This document shows, one piece after another, positions 32,050 to 46,950 of a stretch of DNA of 64,000 nt. Source of the stretch: the human T2T-CHM13v2.0 reference genome, Homo sapiens; assembly GCF_009914755.1 (NCBI RefSeq), contig NC_060928.1. One strand, written 5' to 3'. A model generated the notes under the pieces. It was not told where the DNA came from. It searched no databases and saw nothing but the letters and a program-made list of their open reading frames with translations. Each line of letters starts with the position of its first letter. Positions within the stretch are counted from its first letter, which is position 1. The translations under genes and the position numbers were made by a program.

Positions 32050-32802
32050 ATTTATCTCACTGTTCATATCCAGAAGCAACAAATTCTATTGAGACTAACA
32101 CTAATCATAATTTTTGCACCTATACTCTTCATTCTTCTTCTTGTTACCTCAGTGTGGATTACAATAATTTTTCCTGCATTGTTATATGAAATAGAGTTTG
32201 AATAGACTAATTTTCTCTGACTCCTTCCAATAGATTCTCCATGCCACTACAAATATTTTTTAATAAAAATTATCATGTCATTCTCCTGGCAAAATATTTC
32301 ACTGAATACTTACTGATCTTAGATGAAGTGCAAACTTTTTAGTATGTTATTCAAGGTCGTTCTTTCCTCCCTCACTTGTTCTCTATATCCTAACAATATT
32401 TCATGCCCAAACCCATGTCCTCCCTCAATTTTTGGTCTGTATGTGTGCACTTCTCCATCTAGACAATGTGCATCCATCGTTTAAACTTTCTAACCCCTAA
32501 TTCTCCCACTGTTATTACAGTTGTCAGTTGTTTGAGGAAGATTTCCTTAAACCAATAAGGCTAGACTGATTTCCCTCATAGAATGAATAATACAACTAAT
32601 AATAGAATGAAAAATCCAACCAATAATCCTATTGCTTAGCCTAGTGCGTTATATATGCTTCATAATTAGTCTTTTTCCTTCCCCAGGCCATAAACACAGT
32701 GAGAGGAGGAACTGCCATTTTCCCTTTTAGCTGCGGACCTAAACATAGTGCTGGAAACAGTAGGCATTTAATTACCATTTGCTGAATGGAGAGTTGAATA
32801 AA
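32050..32802 (+). mobile_element. L2 3' fragments
   Basis: attctccatgccac, tcatgtcattctcctg, catagtgctggaaacagtaggcattta...tttgctgaatg. Confidence 0.55.
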
Positions 32803-35800
32803 CCTTTAATTTGCAGTATAATTAATAAAATGTATGATATGTGATTTTAAACATTACCATACTAGATGTAATGAAATGTAATGCATATAATGAAGCATAA
32901 GATTCTTGTACTTAAGTAGTTTATAGTCTATTTCGCCATAAATGATTAAAACCCCTTAAAGATAATAAACAATAAGCTGTTTACTGTTGCCAATAGATAT
33001 TGCAGAGAATAATTTACATAGGTGATCATTGGAGCCATTTACTCTAATAATTCTCAGAAATTCTATCACACCGCTCTCCTTCTAAACCACCATTTCTTGC
33101 CTGTAAATAATGCCATTTCTATGATAAATAAGAATAGACTTATCCAACTTGAAAAATAAACAGGCATTTTAAAAATAAACATATTTAGCCTATAACATTT
33201 TCAGTTTCAGTCATATGTTTACAGTTTAGTGAGGGAGATAGTGTTCAAAATATACAATTTAAAACAAGACAGAGTAATTTAGAGTAATTGCAAGAATGGG
33301 CATAATTATAACATAGTAGCAGAGGCCAGGTCTAGCTTGAAGAACTATGATATGTTTTGATATATTTGGAAAAATTGATGATCTTATAATAATGTATAGA
33401 ATCTGATAAATAACAAATATATTTCTAATTGTCCAATACTGCCATTTGAATTTAGTGGGGATTTTGGAGATCTTCAAGCATATAAAATGTCTAATGACTT
33501 TATTATATATTTTGGAGTTGATAAAACAGATTTTAGAGAAAACTAGTGAAAATGGGAGACAATTAAATGTTAATATTGGAGAATAATTTTATTTCATAAA
33601 TCTTTACATGTAGATTAATTTCAGCAAAACCTTATATAGCAGTCAGGATTTGCTATGTGCTCTTTTCTTTCAATAGTTTTAAATATAGTGGGGAAAAATA
33701 AAAAATAAGGAAATCTTAATAACTTCAAGAAATTAAGGTTAGTCTCATAATCAACAGGCAATTAAAGTTTAGAAATGAAAATATTCTGCAAATGAAAAAC
33801 ATGCATTTCGTAACCCCAATATAAATACAGCGAAAAATTTCTTTTTTAAGAGTATTCTAATTAGGTAAATGTATTTAAGCAAAGGTGCATGAGAATAACC
33901 AAAAAGACACCACTCTGCCACTATTATTGAAACTAGAGCAATTTGTTTAAATGATTTCAGGGTCAATATTGAGGTTGCTCTTTTATGTAAAACAATTCCC
34001 AACACATAGCAACTATCTTTCTTTTTAGAATAATGTAGAATACATTATTAGGCCACTAATGTCAACATTCAGAAAATAAAGACATGGGTAACGCCATTCT
34101 CCATGTCGGTAGGCAGTGAGAAAGCCAATGATTTTCTTCTTAACAACCCTGAAAACAGATGTGAATAAATAGTATTTCCCCAGAAAGCAAAATCATGTCT
34201 AAGAACTTCACAAGAAACATGTTACTGGCCAGCAGTGCTGCACATTTAAAATGCTGCTGAGTAAGTTGGAGGTCATCCTGATAACATTGCCTGGTAAAGA
34301 ACAAGTTGGCACTTTGCTATAGATTTCCCTGCCAGAACCTATTCCTGTTTTACACCTTCATTTGACCCAGGATGGGTTATTGTATCCAAGATCTAAAACT
34401 AGGATCAAATATATTTCTTTAATAATGTTACCTTCCAAACAGGGACTCAGATGAAGGACCTATTGAAGGGCTTGGTTACTCACGTAAGTACCGTCACGCA
34501 GAAAGATAACGAGTAATATACTTAAGAGATGTTCCCATCAGGGCACCTTGGATTAATTCAGACAGTTGTCACAGAATGTCATACAAAACATGTTGTCAAT
34601 CAAACTTAAAGTTTTTTAAGAGTACCTATATATTGATAAATTAAACTTTTGTTTATATTCTTCAAAATGGTTTCCATGTGATAGATCATACTGAATTGTG
34701 TTTATTATAATTTATTTAGTGGATTGTTTTCTCTAAGCCTCATCAACCACATTAATCTCATAGGAATTTCATTAGTATTTAACTCCAACAGGTGTAACTT
34801 TAGGAGTTACCAATTTTTTTGAGTTTCTTCCTCCCTCTAGTATCCAATATCACATGCCCTCCCAAGTGGGTCCCAGCAGTTCTTCCCACTACTATTCCCA
34901 CTTCACTGCAGGTCACTTGGTGTTCCCCTTGAGTGAATGAAGGCTGTGCCATTACCACCACCTTCACCCAGACCATGAGCTTCTCTGGGTAGGTGGCGAG
35001 CTCTGGCTAATCTGCTGCCCTCAGCGCTGCCATTCATGTCCTAATGGCTGCTGGGGACTCACACTATGCCAATGGTGAGCACATGAACTGCTGTCTTCTG
35101 AACAGCTACTCAAGGATCTGATGAAGTCAGGATGTGTGTTACTTGTGCCAGAGCTGCTCACTTTGCACTCTCTTTGGACCTTTTACAGAGGCCAATGCAT
35201 GCTCTATCAACATATTTGTCTTTCCAAGGTTACTTGACTCTGCTCTTCTAAGTAGCTTCTCAATATTGCACTATGGCTGTTTACAGTCAAAATTGTGTCA
35301 TTGGCCATTGGACTACGAATTGTCACTTGTCATGTTACTTATCACTGTGTCCCCAGTGTTTATCACCAGGTCTGGGATATACTAATCAATCAATAAATAT
35401 TTAAGGAATTGAACATAATTTGCTTTGTCTGCTGAGACTTTTAAAGGTGGTCAATGTCTCTCAGCCTTTATGGGATACTCTTTTACAGAGATATCAGAGT
35501 TGAAGTGTTTAGACCCAGAGAGCTTATTAGGACGGTCCCTTCACTTTACATAAAGCTTTGTTATTACCAGGATTGGAAATATATATTTTACCTGGAGCGA
35601 CGGCTCCTTGTGACCCGAATGCACTGGTACTGGTTACCTAAGAAACCTTCCCAGAGGTGCACTACAGCCTTCCCTTACCATGATATTGTTATTTTTCAGA
35701 CCCCTTTCTCCTTCTCTCCACCAATCCACATGATTTTATCAGGCATATTGTGGATATTTGAAGCTCAGCTATGCATAAATTTTGGGTTGTTTTATTTGAG

Positions 35801-36639
35801 TATTCTATTATGTATGTATGAGATAAAGGTATGACGACTTTCAATCTCTTTGCAAATATTAAAAATCACATTAAAATATTTGTTTTTGTTAACACACAGT
35901 AATACTAAAACTTCAGCCTCCAAAATGTAGTGAAGTCAAACATTTTAAGCAGTATTAAAGAATCTTAAAATCCTTTCAAAAGTTTTACCATGGATTTGCA
36001 TTATTGGCATGGATAATTAAATTGATTAAAAACATCATCAGATTTCTTAAACTGTCATTAGTTCTGTTTAGTCCCATGGTAATGGTAATTAAAGTGGAAA
36101 GATAGAAACTTCAATTAGAAAGAAAAGCTCAGGGCTCCTGTTTTCTCAAGATCTAATGAACACCTGGTGCCTCTGTAATCTATTAAAGCATTGGAATTTT
36201 TTGAAAAGTAGAGATGGAGGAAAAAAAACATCAGGAAGATTTCTTTGTTCAAAAATCCTTCAAATATCTATTGTATGCAGATGTCCCAAAGGCTGTGGGA
36301 AAATGTGCCAACTCAAGATTTATTTCATATAATTAAAAAAAATGTTTTTTTCAAATTAGGAAATCATGTCTTATACCCATTTCTTCAGTGGGCTCATGCA
36401 ATGTGGCCTGGATCTTGCAGTTATTCTCCCTCTCCTTTGTGTCATCTCATCTCTTTTTCAGTATGCAAATATATAAATATTCTCTATTATCTTCCATTCT
36501 AAGAACAGTCACAACAACAAAACAAACTCTTTTAACTCCATGCTTAACTTTGTTTAGTACATAAGAGAATTCATTACTCTTTTCCATTTTTCGGCTACAT
36601 TTTCACAGAGACATTTGTTGAGAAAGTATTCATAATATC

Positions 36640-37330
36640 ATACAGCATATCCTAGCCTCCTATTTTTTCCTCAATTCATTCCAACAGGACTTTCATCCCT
36701 AACACTCCACTGAAACTGAGCTCACCGTCTCTCCAGTGACCTACCTGTTTTTCAGTCCAGCCATTCAAAATTTCTAATCAAGGAATTTGAACTCTCAATA
36801 GTAGCGGGCAGCATTTATATCTTCATGCTCATAGTGGGCAGCATTTATATCTTCAGGCTCATAATACACTTTCTTGTGGGTTCTGTGACACTGTTTACCT
36901 TTGTGTTTTGCCTACCTCACCAGCTGTCACCTAGGTTTGGGTTCTGTGAGACCCATATACATTTAGTCTTGGTTTTTCTCCTACTACATCAGCCATTACT
37001 GAGTTTCCCTTGTTGGCTCTTATTCTACTCCTTCATTTCTATCTGTAGGAATGTTTCAAGGCTAAGCAGTGGACTTTCTTCTTCTCCCTAGGTATACCCT
37101 CTCTTTAGATTACTTTGTTCAATGCCCCTACTTAAATATTGCATTTATACTGATGACTCCCAAATTTATGTCCTTAGCTTTGACCACACCCCTGAGCTCT
37201 AAGTGTATATTAGGATGTCTAAAAGACATGACAGATACTACTGACCATAAAAATTCCCTATTTCCATTCCCACCAAGAAGCATGTCCGTCTCTCAATCTC
37301 CTGTGCCTTTTCAAATAGCATCATTCCCCT
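36640..37330 (+). mobile_element. L2 fragment with internal 30-bp tandem duplication
   Basis: cactccactgaaactgagctcacc...cagtgacct; tatactgatgactcccaaatttatgtc...ccctgagctc; duplication at 36802-36861. Confidence 0.75.
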
Positions 37331-38409
37331 TGTTCTTCAGCATTACAAAAGTGCCATTAAGGATGTGGAACAACTGGTATATATTTAATTCATGTGTAAC
37401 ATTCAAAATGGCATTCTGATTCATATAATGAAGATTATAATAGTAGCTTCATATTTAGAAGACATATTAACTTAATTCTTAGAAAAAGCACTCAAGTTTC
37501 AAAGAAATTGACAAAGCACAAATGTCATTAGGATGCCACACATGACATGCAGCCATTTCTAAATAAAAACCTGGTGTAGTCTGCCCCCAAATCATAAAGT
37601 AAATAATCAGTCGACACATTTTTATTGAGTGCTTCCACTGGACTAGACTTGTGCTTCATGATATTTTTACCTTAGTGATTTAAAAAGGCATGACTTCAGC
37701 CCTCAAGTGGACACAGGAGATAGGCAATAAACAAGTAATAAATTAACAATTACTACTTAAAATCGGGAAAGGGTGATAGATTTAAGGAAAGTCAATATTT
37801 AATATGTGAAGGAAAGCTTCTCTAAGTTTTTTTCTGCTTGTTTCAGCTGAGTTCAACAAATTCTGAGAAAGTATGATCCATAGACATTGTGCAAGGTAAT
37901 GAGAATGTAATGATGTATAATGCATATTATCTGACACCAAGAGGATAATAGTCTACTATCCATAAGTATTAAAGTGATGGTTGATGCTTTTTGATTTTCC
38001 TAAATAAATGCTTAATTCACTTACTGTGAAATCTAATTTTGAATATCAGAATTTAATTTTTATTCTTACTGTAATTTACCTAGACCATGGTTTCAAATAT
38101 GTTAAATATAACACCTACTTTGGAATTAATATATATCAAAAATTTTTATATGATGTCTTTTTTCTATAATTATGTAAGAAAAGTAGTCCATAGTTACTAT
38201 GAATTTTATAACTCTTTAAAATAAGTGTTTACTCAGAACATAATTTATGTACATTTTAATTATAGTCCTATATACTGTAATGTACATTATTTAGTCTTTG
38301 AGAATTCATACATTTGGAAAATAGATTCACTATACTTGAATTTTCTATTGCCTCCTACCTGGACATGAGAGAAAAATCAATGTCATACATTTGTACAATG
38401 TGTGAAAAT

Positions 38410-38752
38410 CTACAGGGGAGGAAGAGACTAATAGATGTGGCACAGAGGAATTTTAGGGTAAATGACTCTGAATGATACAGTAATAGTAGTTACATGTCAT
38501 TATACACCTGTGAAAATCCATAGAATACAATACATGTGAACCCTAGTGTAAACTATAGACACTGGTTGATAATGATGTGTAAATATAGGTTCACCAATCA
38601 CAATAAATGTACCACTCTGAGGTGGAATATTGATAGTGAGGAAAGCGGTGTATGCGTGAGGTCGGGTATGTGTGAGGTATGAGAACTCTCTGTATTTTGC
38701 AGTCAGTCTTGCTGTGAACTTAACACTACCCTAAAAACAAAATCCATTAAAA
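38410..38752 (+). mobile_element. L1MC-like 3' end
   Basis: acatgtcattatacacc...gtgaaccctagtgtaaactatagac...aaatgtaccactctg...gagaactctctgta...gctgtgaacttaacact. Confidence 0.85.
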
Positions 38753-40216
38753 TGAAACAAATATGTAGGGGGAAAACCTATAAATGTGTGTACATATGTG
38801 GATATGTATATATTTATGCATAAACAGAGACACACATAACTGTTAAATTGTATATTAAGACTATATACACATATGTGGTATAAACATATCAACATGTTTG
38901 TATAAACACACACTCACAAAGAAACTTTATGACACTGTATCTGTATATATTATTAATCCTCATGGCAGCTTTTTGAGATACATACCTTTGTCACTTTAAT
39001 GGCATATAATCCAAGACAGAATGTTGACATTCTCTGCCAAAGTTCACTTAGCTCTAAGGGCCACAGCAGGGGTTTGCCCCGATCTCTATTGTTAACCATT
39101 ATTTGTAATCACCTTATTACCTTCCTCTGCTGAATTTGTGTCATTATACTTGAAAACATCTTTTTAAAATTGTCTTAAAGCTTACAAGTTATATTTCAAT
39201 ATTTGTGTTGAGGACTCTGGCAACCTTGTATTTAACTGGCTGTTTTTATTTGAGGATTGAGTTAAGAGGACAGCTGCTTTTCTGTAGTTAAAGCAATAAG
39301 GGCATGAAGAGAATGAGATATTAAATTTATTTTGGGATGTAAATATTTTTCAGTGTGTGATGGCTTACGAGAAATCCCACATGGGCGCTAGTAAATGATC
39401 TATATTTTTGCAAACTTTCCTCAAGCCATGAGATTCTGCAATGCTGACATGATTTGATTTGGTGAATGATGCGGGTGGTGTTGAAATTGAGCCTTTTCTT
39501 ACATTTACCTTAAGGAGTTAACTTGCCCTTTGTTTAAAATTGAAATTTTTCCTGATTCAGTGAGTAACCACATCCCTTAACAGTGACACTCCTAGGCTGG
39601 CTAGAAGATACACACATCATTACTGTGAATTTAGTTTAACCATTTTCATTTTTAAATTAACATGAACCTTTAACCACCTATCACAACCCACTGTCTTTTC
39701 CTCATCTATGTAAGTGTCTACTGGAATGGTCAGTTTACACATTAATGTATTTTTTTAGATTTTAAAATGAAAAATTTAGCTGACATAATGCTGCAACACA
39801 AAATGCAAGGTCACCTGTCAAGAAAAAGGAAAACCCAGGTAAATAATCTCATGAGCAGAATTCTTAATGTTTGGCTTATTCCACATTTATTTAATACTTA
39901 AAACTGCCAGAGTGGGTGCAGGTCCTAAAAAGAACTCGGTAATAGGGATTTAGATAGAAAATTTTGACAGTTACATGACTGTATAAGAATGTTCCAATTC
40001 AATGTTTTAGAAATGTATAATTTTTGCATGAAGGATGTATGAGGTTTTTTTCTACATAAATTGGAGTAATTGGCAGGTACCACTCTGTCTTATTTAGTGC
40101 GGGTAGTTTCTCACGAAAGGTAGATTTGATTGAAAGATGGCAGTGAACAAATTTTTTTTCTCTATTTCCATAGAAATTCCTACCAGTTTTTAACTGATTA
40201 ACCTGTTTTTGATAGT

Positions 40217-40452
40217 TAATCAGTTACTTGAACTTTCACAGAGTTAACTAATGCCTGCTTTAATGCCTTAAATCATAATAAAAATTTGTTTCCATGTGGT
40301 CCATCTTGACACAGACCAAATCATCACACTGAGATTTATCATAACATAATGAAGCCTAAAACTTGTTTGTCCCTTACAAGATATGTAAGTTGCATGACAC
40401 ATTCATACTATTTGTTTTTTTAAAACTGGGATACACTGTTAACTAAATGCTA
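40217..40452 (+). repeat. Composite duplicate A'-B' of 41596-41728 (A) and 41311-41417 (B)
   Basis: Manual alignment, roughly 85-89% identity per segment. Confidence 0.93.
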
Positions 40453-40500
40453 CTGAATTCTCTGGTCAGATAGTTTGGTGTTAGTAAGAAGTAATTACCT

Positions 40501-40827
<327 letters not shown>

Positions 40828-41869
40828 TCAACAACGCTGTCTATTTTGTCCAGATTACAAAGGTCTGCTCTCCCATTGGAGGGCATTCTCTGCCATAGTG
40901 CAAAGGCCCAAGTACTAGCCTATTTCATATGCCACGTTCTCAAACACGGCTTTCCACAAGAACTTCCTCTAAGCAACTGTTCCAATATGACAAGTCCTGC
41001 ATAAAGCATTGGTAAAAAGTATTTTGTTACTCTATACAAATTATTCTCACTTAGTCTAGTTAAGTGAAAACTTAATCTTTACCTTTATTTTTCCAACTTA
41101 AAGGAATATCAGAATATTTTGTCTTCAAGCAAGCTTTAAATTATTAATTTAATAACTCTAATCTTCTTGAATCTATTCCAAGTTAATACAGTATTGGTTA
41201 TGCATAATTCTGCTAACCGATCAACAAATATTGATGAAAGATAGATGAAAAAGTATTTTATGTTTTTTTCTAATTAAAATCAATGGAGAATTATACTTAT
41301 CAGTAAGAGAATAATAAGTCCTAAAACTTTTTTGTCCCTTAAAAGATATATAGGTTGCATGACACATTGATACTATTTGTTTAAAAACAAATGGTATACA
41401 CTGTTAATTAAATGCTAGCAGAATCATTTTTCAAAAATAAACATATACTTTGACCCCATGCTGGAAAAACCTATACTTGTAGACTTATTTAAAATATAAG
41501 GCTAAACTTTGAAGGCAATAAATCAGAAAATCTTTAAATATAAATATTAGATACACCTTTATGATTTCTGCAGTTTTGGTGTTGGGAGGGGCAGATAATC
41601 AGCTATTTGAGCCTTCACAGGGTTACTTAATGCCTGCTTTAATAACTCAAATCATAATGAAAATTTATGTTTCCATGTGGTCCATTTTGACACAGACCAA
41701 ATCATCACACTGAGATATATCATGGCATGAATGTTTTGAGAATAAATTTTTAAAAATACCTAATTTGTATTGAGCTAAATTTCATTTGTAATGTTGCTTT
41801 CATAATTTATTTGGCATTTATTTTCTGACGATATTTATTGAGTAGGAATACCATTGTGAGTAGTTGAGA

Positions 41870-42340
41870 TGTAGCCAGCATCTTTCCCTTTATTCTTCTC
41901 AATAACCTTGCTTCCTCTTGTGAACTAATATCTTACACACACACACACACAAAACAGGCTTTGCCTTTTTACATGGGTGAAGCATGAAACCTGACTTACA
42001 TCCATCAGCCCAGTATACTCCTTTATCAAATGACTTTACTAAAGGTAACTCCCATTGTCTTGGGAATTTTAGAAATTAGTTTTTTTCTCTTTCTCTCCAT
42101 CACAGGGTTAAAGAAACAAAGCCTAGAATAGCTTTCATTATTTGCTGCCATGAAGAACATAAAGCTAAGGGGTTAGAGCCAAGAAAAATCCTAGGGAAAC
42201 TGATCTAAATCCTAATCACATCTATTGCTAAGCCAAATTTAACTCTTGGCATTGTTAATCATGTAACATAATAATTTTTCTGTAATTTATTTTTCCAGTT
42301 TGAGTCAGATCTGCACTTATTTGTAAAGAAGTATACAATA
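41870..42340 (+). mobile_element. Old MaLR LTR (MLT1K/L-like), degraded
   Basis: catctttccctttattctt..., gctgccatgaaga, ccagtttgagtcagatctgcacttatttgtaa resemble MLT1 layout. Confidence 0.45.
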
Positions 42341-43272
42341 TATAGGGCATTTCTTACCAGGAGTGGGGTTACAGGTAATGGGCTAGAATGGTTTTAAAAA
42401 AAGAACTCTCTGTCATACGAGAAGGTAAAAATCTTTGTTTTTCAGTTGCATAAAGTTGGTTTACTTTGGACCTTACAACATGTGCTACCAATATTACAGT
42501 ATTCAGTAACTGAAAACAAAAATAGGTAAGATGATGGATTCTATATTTAAAAAATGAAATCTTGCTTTGATATTTACTTCTGAAAGCAGACAGAAAGGAA
42601 TGTTTTACCAAGAGTGGCTCTTCTGTCTGTGATCTGTAATAAAAGCATTAAACTTGATTTTGAGGGCCCTCCATGCTTGGGAGAGTTGAATTACTTAAAC
42701 CAAAGAGAGGGCTGGCTATAAAATATTTAGAGATGAGAGACATAGTAGGAGAAAATATAACGGAATAGGAAATATATGGCCTTCCCCTAGCATATTTGTA
42801 AAGTACTGTCTTACTGAAAAATTATATAAACACATTATGGAAATAAAACTGAAATAAGGATTGAGAGGCAATACGTATAAATACTCACCCACTAATTCCC
42901 ATTGTTTCCATTGGCTTCTGCAAAGATACAGATTATACATACATGTGTATGTAAATAATCTTCAAAATATGTCTTATACAGATAAATGTTCCCCAATTAA
43001 AGATGAAGACAAATAATCACAACATTATTTTTCAAAAGCCTTTCATGTGACTATCTGATTTTCAACTTATTGAAGGTTGATGCATAACATGCTTTCCAAA
43101 TGTAATTAGCTGACTTTTTTTATACACATGCCAAGTATTATTTTTCAACCTGGTATACAAACAATATTTTTCTAAGATGCTGTGGTTACTGATCTTACAA
43201 GGCCTCATTAGGAATCATTTTTAATAAACATTTTTAAAAAAGACTAAGTTCAATGTCCTTTTTAAAGTAATA

Positions 43273-43278
43273 TTTAAT
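43273..43278 (-). terminator. Candidate polyadenylation signal (ATTAAA) for TRAM1L1; AATAAA alternatives at 43459-43464 and 43564-43569
   Basis: tttaat/tttatt on the + strand downstream of the stop codon; usage cannot be proven from sequence. Confidence 0.4.
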
Positions 43279-43985
43279 TTCATGAATTCCCATTTACAAG
43301 TGGAATGGACAGGAATGATTTTAATATTTTTATATTAATTAATGATATTTTGATGCAATATATATGGCAGCAAACCTCCATATGTGTTACCCATTAGTAC
43401 TGTGTTTTTTTAAATGGGGATGAAGCACTAATAATCACTACCTGTAAAATAAAGAACATTTATTATTTTGGTGAGTCTAGCAATCTTTTCTGAGTTGTAA
43501 GTTCTTAAAAAATAAATTCTAACAATTACAGAATACTGATTTGACTTCCACCTTTTTCGTACTTTTATTTTACCCCAAAGCAAGCATTAAACACATAATC
43601 TTGCTAGGAGAGACCATCTTGTTAGTATTATGAAACACTGGTGGGAGTAAGAACCAGTATCATTGATATGCAAAATTGTGCAGTTATCTCTGCAAATCAT
43701 TAGGAAAATGTTGAAAGGTTAAAAATCAAAACAAAATATAGTGGTGATCCCCAAAACTATTTTGACATTATTTTGACGATGAGTAATTTAGTCTCAACCA
43801 AAATCTTTTTTTCCCATTCATAATAATCCTCCTCCCCTCAAATGTCTTTAAAAAATACATGAAACAGTTCAATAACAAAAACCGAAGAGCACGAACTATT
43901 TTCAAAAACAGAAAAATCTCTAGTGCAGAAAGAAACCTCAAAGAGCAGATTCCTTTGCAGACATTAATCAATGCGCTTGCAAAGA

Positions 43986-45152
<1,167 letters not shown>

Positions 45153-45200
45153 TCACAGCGCCGCCGCCACGGTAGCAGCTCCGGGGGCTCCACTTCCCAT
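45153..45200 (-). other. Upstream ORF (15 aa, MGSGAPGAATVAAAL), in frame with TRAM1L1
   Basis: gggATGg at 45200, TGA at 45155-45153, ATG 105 nt upstream of the main ATG. Confidence 0.6.
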
Positions 45201-45271
45201 CCCGAAGTCAGTCCCGGGTCGCAGCGGCCGCCCAGAAAAAAAATAAATCAAAGGCGAGGGCCGAGCTGAGC

Positions 45272-45283
45272 TGAGCATGCGCA
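45272..45283. promoter_or_regulatory. NRF1-like site
   Basis: tgagcatgcgca is 11/12 identical to the palindrome TGCGCATGCGCA and lies inside the CpG island. Confidence 0.55.
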
Positions 45284-45504
45284 CCAGGGGGACGGCGGAG
45301 GCAGGGAAGGAAATCGAGCGCCGCGCCCCTACCCGGCGCCAGGCCCGGGGTTGCGAGCGGTGATCTTCAACGTTGATCGTCGCATCTTCAAACTCGCTGC
45401 CACCGCCAAGATGCTCCTGAATTCTTTTTTTTAGTGGCATCTTCATTAGTAATCATGATAAACCTATAGAGCTCTGGTTATTCTTCAGATCATTAATTAT
45501 AACA

Positions 45505-45780
45505 ACAATAGCATAATAATAACAGCAAACTCCCAGTACTAATTACCAGTTGCTGTGCTAAGCATTTTATTTATATTTATGAATTTAACTTTCCTGAAAC
45601 ACCCAGTGAGGTAGATACTGTGATAATCTCCCCTCCCCCACCCCTTTTCAAGAGACAAAACACTGAGGCACAGAGAGGTTAAGTAATATGGCCAAATTCA
45701 CCTCCCTAGTAAGGGTTAGAGCAAAGATTTAAATCCAGTCCGGCTCCAGAGCGCCTGTTTTTCACTATTACGCTGTATTG
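45505..45780 (-). mobile_element. MIR, near full length
   Basis: tgctgtgctaagcatttta...cagtgaggtagatactg...actgaggcacagagaggttaagtaa...gatttaaatccag. Confidence 0.9.
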
Positions 45781-46249
45781 TCTCTTATTGTAAATCAATT
45801 ATACCTGGAAATATTTACTAGGTCAACAAGATAGCATATTAAAACTAGTTCCCCTATTTGCAATAATAATAATGTTTGAAATGATAACGTCTAGCCAGTA
45901 TTTTGAAAGACTGGCACTTAGAGGGAGAGATGTATTAGTTCATGGAAAGGTCTCTTTTTGGCTACAAAGCTCAAAACTTAATTTCTTCATTATAACAGAA
46001 AAGAACCTCATATGTCATTTGTGTAGGTTTTGCATATATGGAGGAATTGTGAATTGAAGTTTCCCAAGACTTCACGTAGGATTTGGAAACTTTCAAGACT
46101 GGAACAGCCAGAAAGTAGAATCCTCATTGAACACTTGCAACATTCAGACAAGATCCAAGGAAAGCTACACTGTTTTAAGTAAGGCTAAACTTGCCCTAAG
46201 GATAAAGCTAATTCATGCTTATAAACACAAAGTTTATAAGAAGCCTTGA

Positions 46250-46950
46250 AAAGGTTAAGGTACTCTAGGACTGTCTACCAGAATGCCTACTTATGGCCTC
46301 TAGGTGCATTGTTGGCATTAGCATGAAAGGGTGGCTTAATGCTCCAAAAGTGGGATTTCTAGCAAGCAAGACAGAAAGTAAATGGCCTTTTATGACCTAG
46401 TATTAGAAGTTATATTATATAATTTTCAATACCAAGGTAGGCACAAGCCTGTTTTACTTCAAGGTGGAGTGAGGATGGAGGGGAGGGTGTGGACCATACA
46501 CATCAACTTTTAATGAGAAATGTACCTAGTATTTGCTAATTTTTTAAAAATAGCCACATCCTTTCCGTTGGGAATAAATTTTGTTTCCTCTGACATGAAA
46601 TATACACTTTTTCCTTCCAATGCAAACAATAGTCTCATATCAATATAGCATCAGGTTCAGGCTTCTTACACAGGATATTTTTGTAAGCTAAATCAGATCC
46701 AGGAGCAGATAAAGGAAAGTCCTATCCTTTGTTGTACTTACTCTTGGTCTGAAGACTTGTGAACTAAAAGAATAAAGTTTTTGGCTCCCACACACCCAAA
46801 GCGTAGGAAAAATGCAACAGACACTTCCATCTACGAGTGAGAAAATGGATGCACACAGCAGTCAATAATCAATAATAACTATAAGATACATCCAGGTAAA
46901 GTTCCTAGATTTTGGTTTGAGTCCAATCTTCCTTTCTAGGAAATGGTGAA
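46250..46950 (-). mobile_element. MLT1 (G/H-like) LTR with adjoining internal fragment
   Basis: ggccttttatgacctagtattagaagt...aaaatagccaca followed by agtctcatatcaatatagcatcagg. Confidence 0.55.

Noticed and set aside
35454-35834. 126-aa ATG ORF
   Set aside because: No domain resemblance, promoter or splice context; composition like random AT-rich DNA
45153-45446. 97-aa ORF across the promoter as a separate gene
   Set aside because: Begins at the outer edge of the CpG island, probably upstream of the TSS; only its last 15 codons are kept as a uORF candidate
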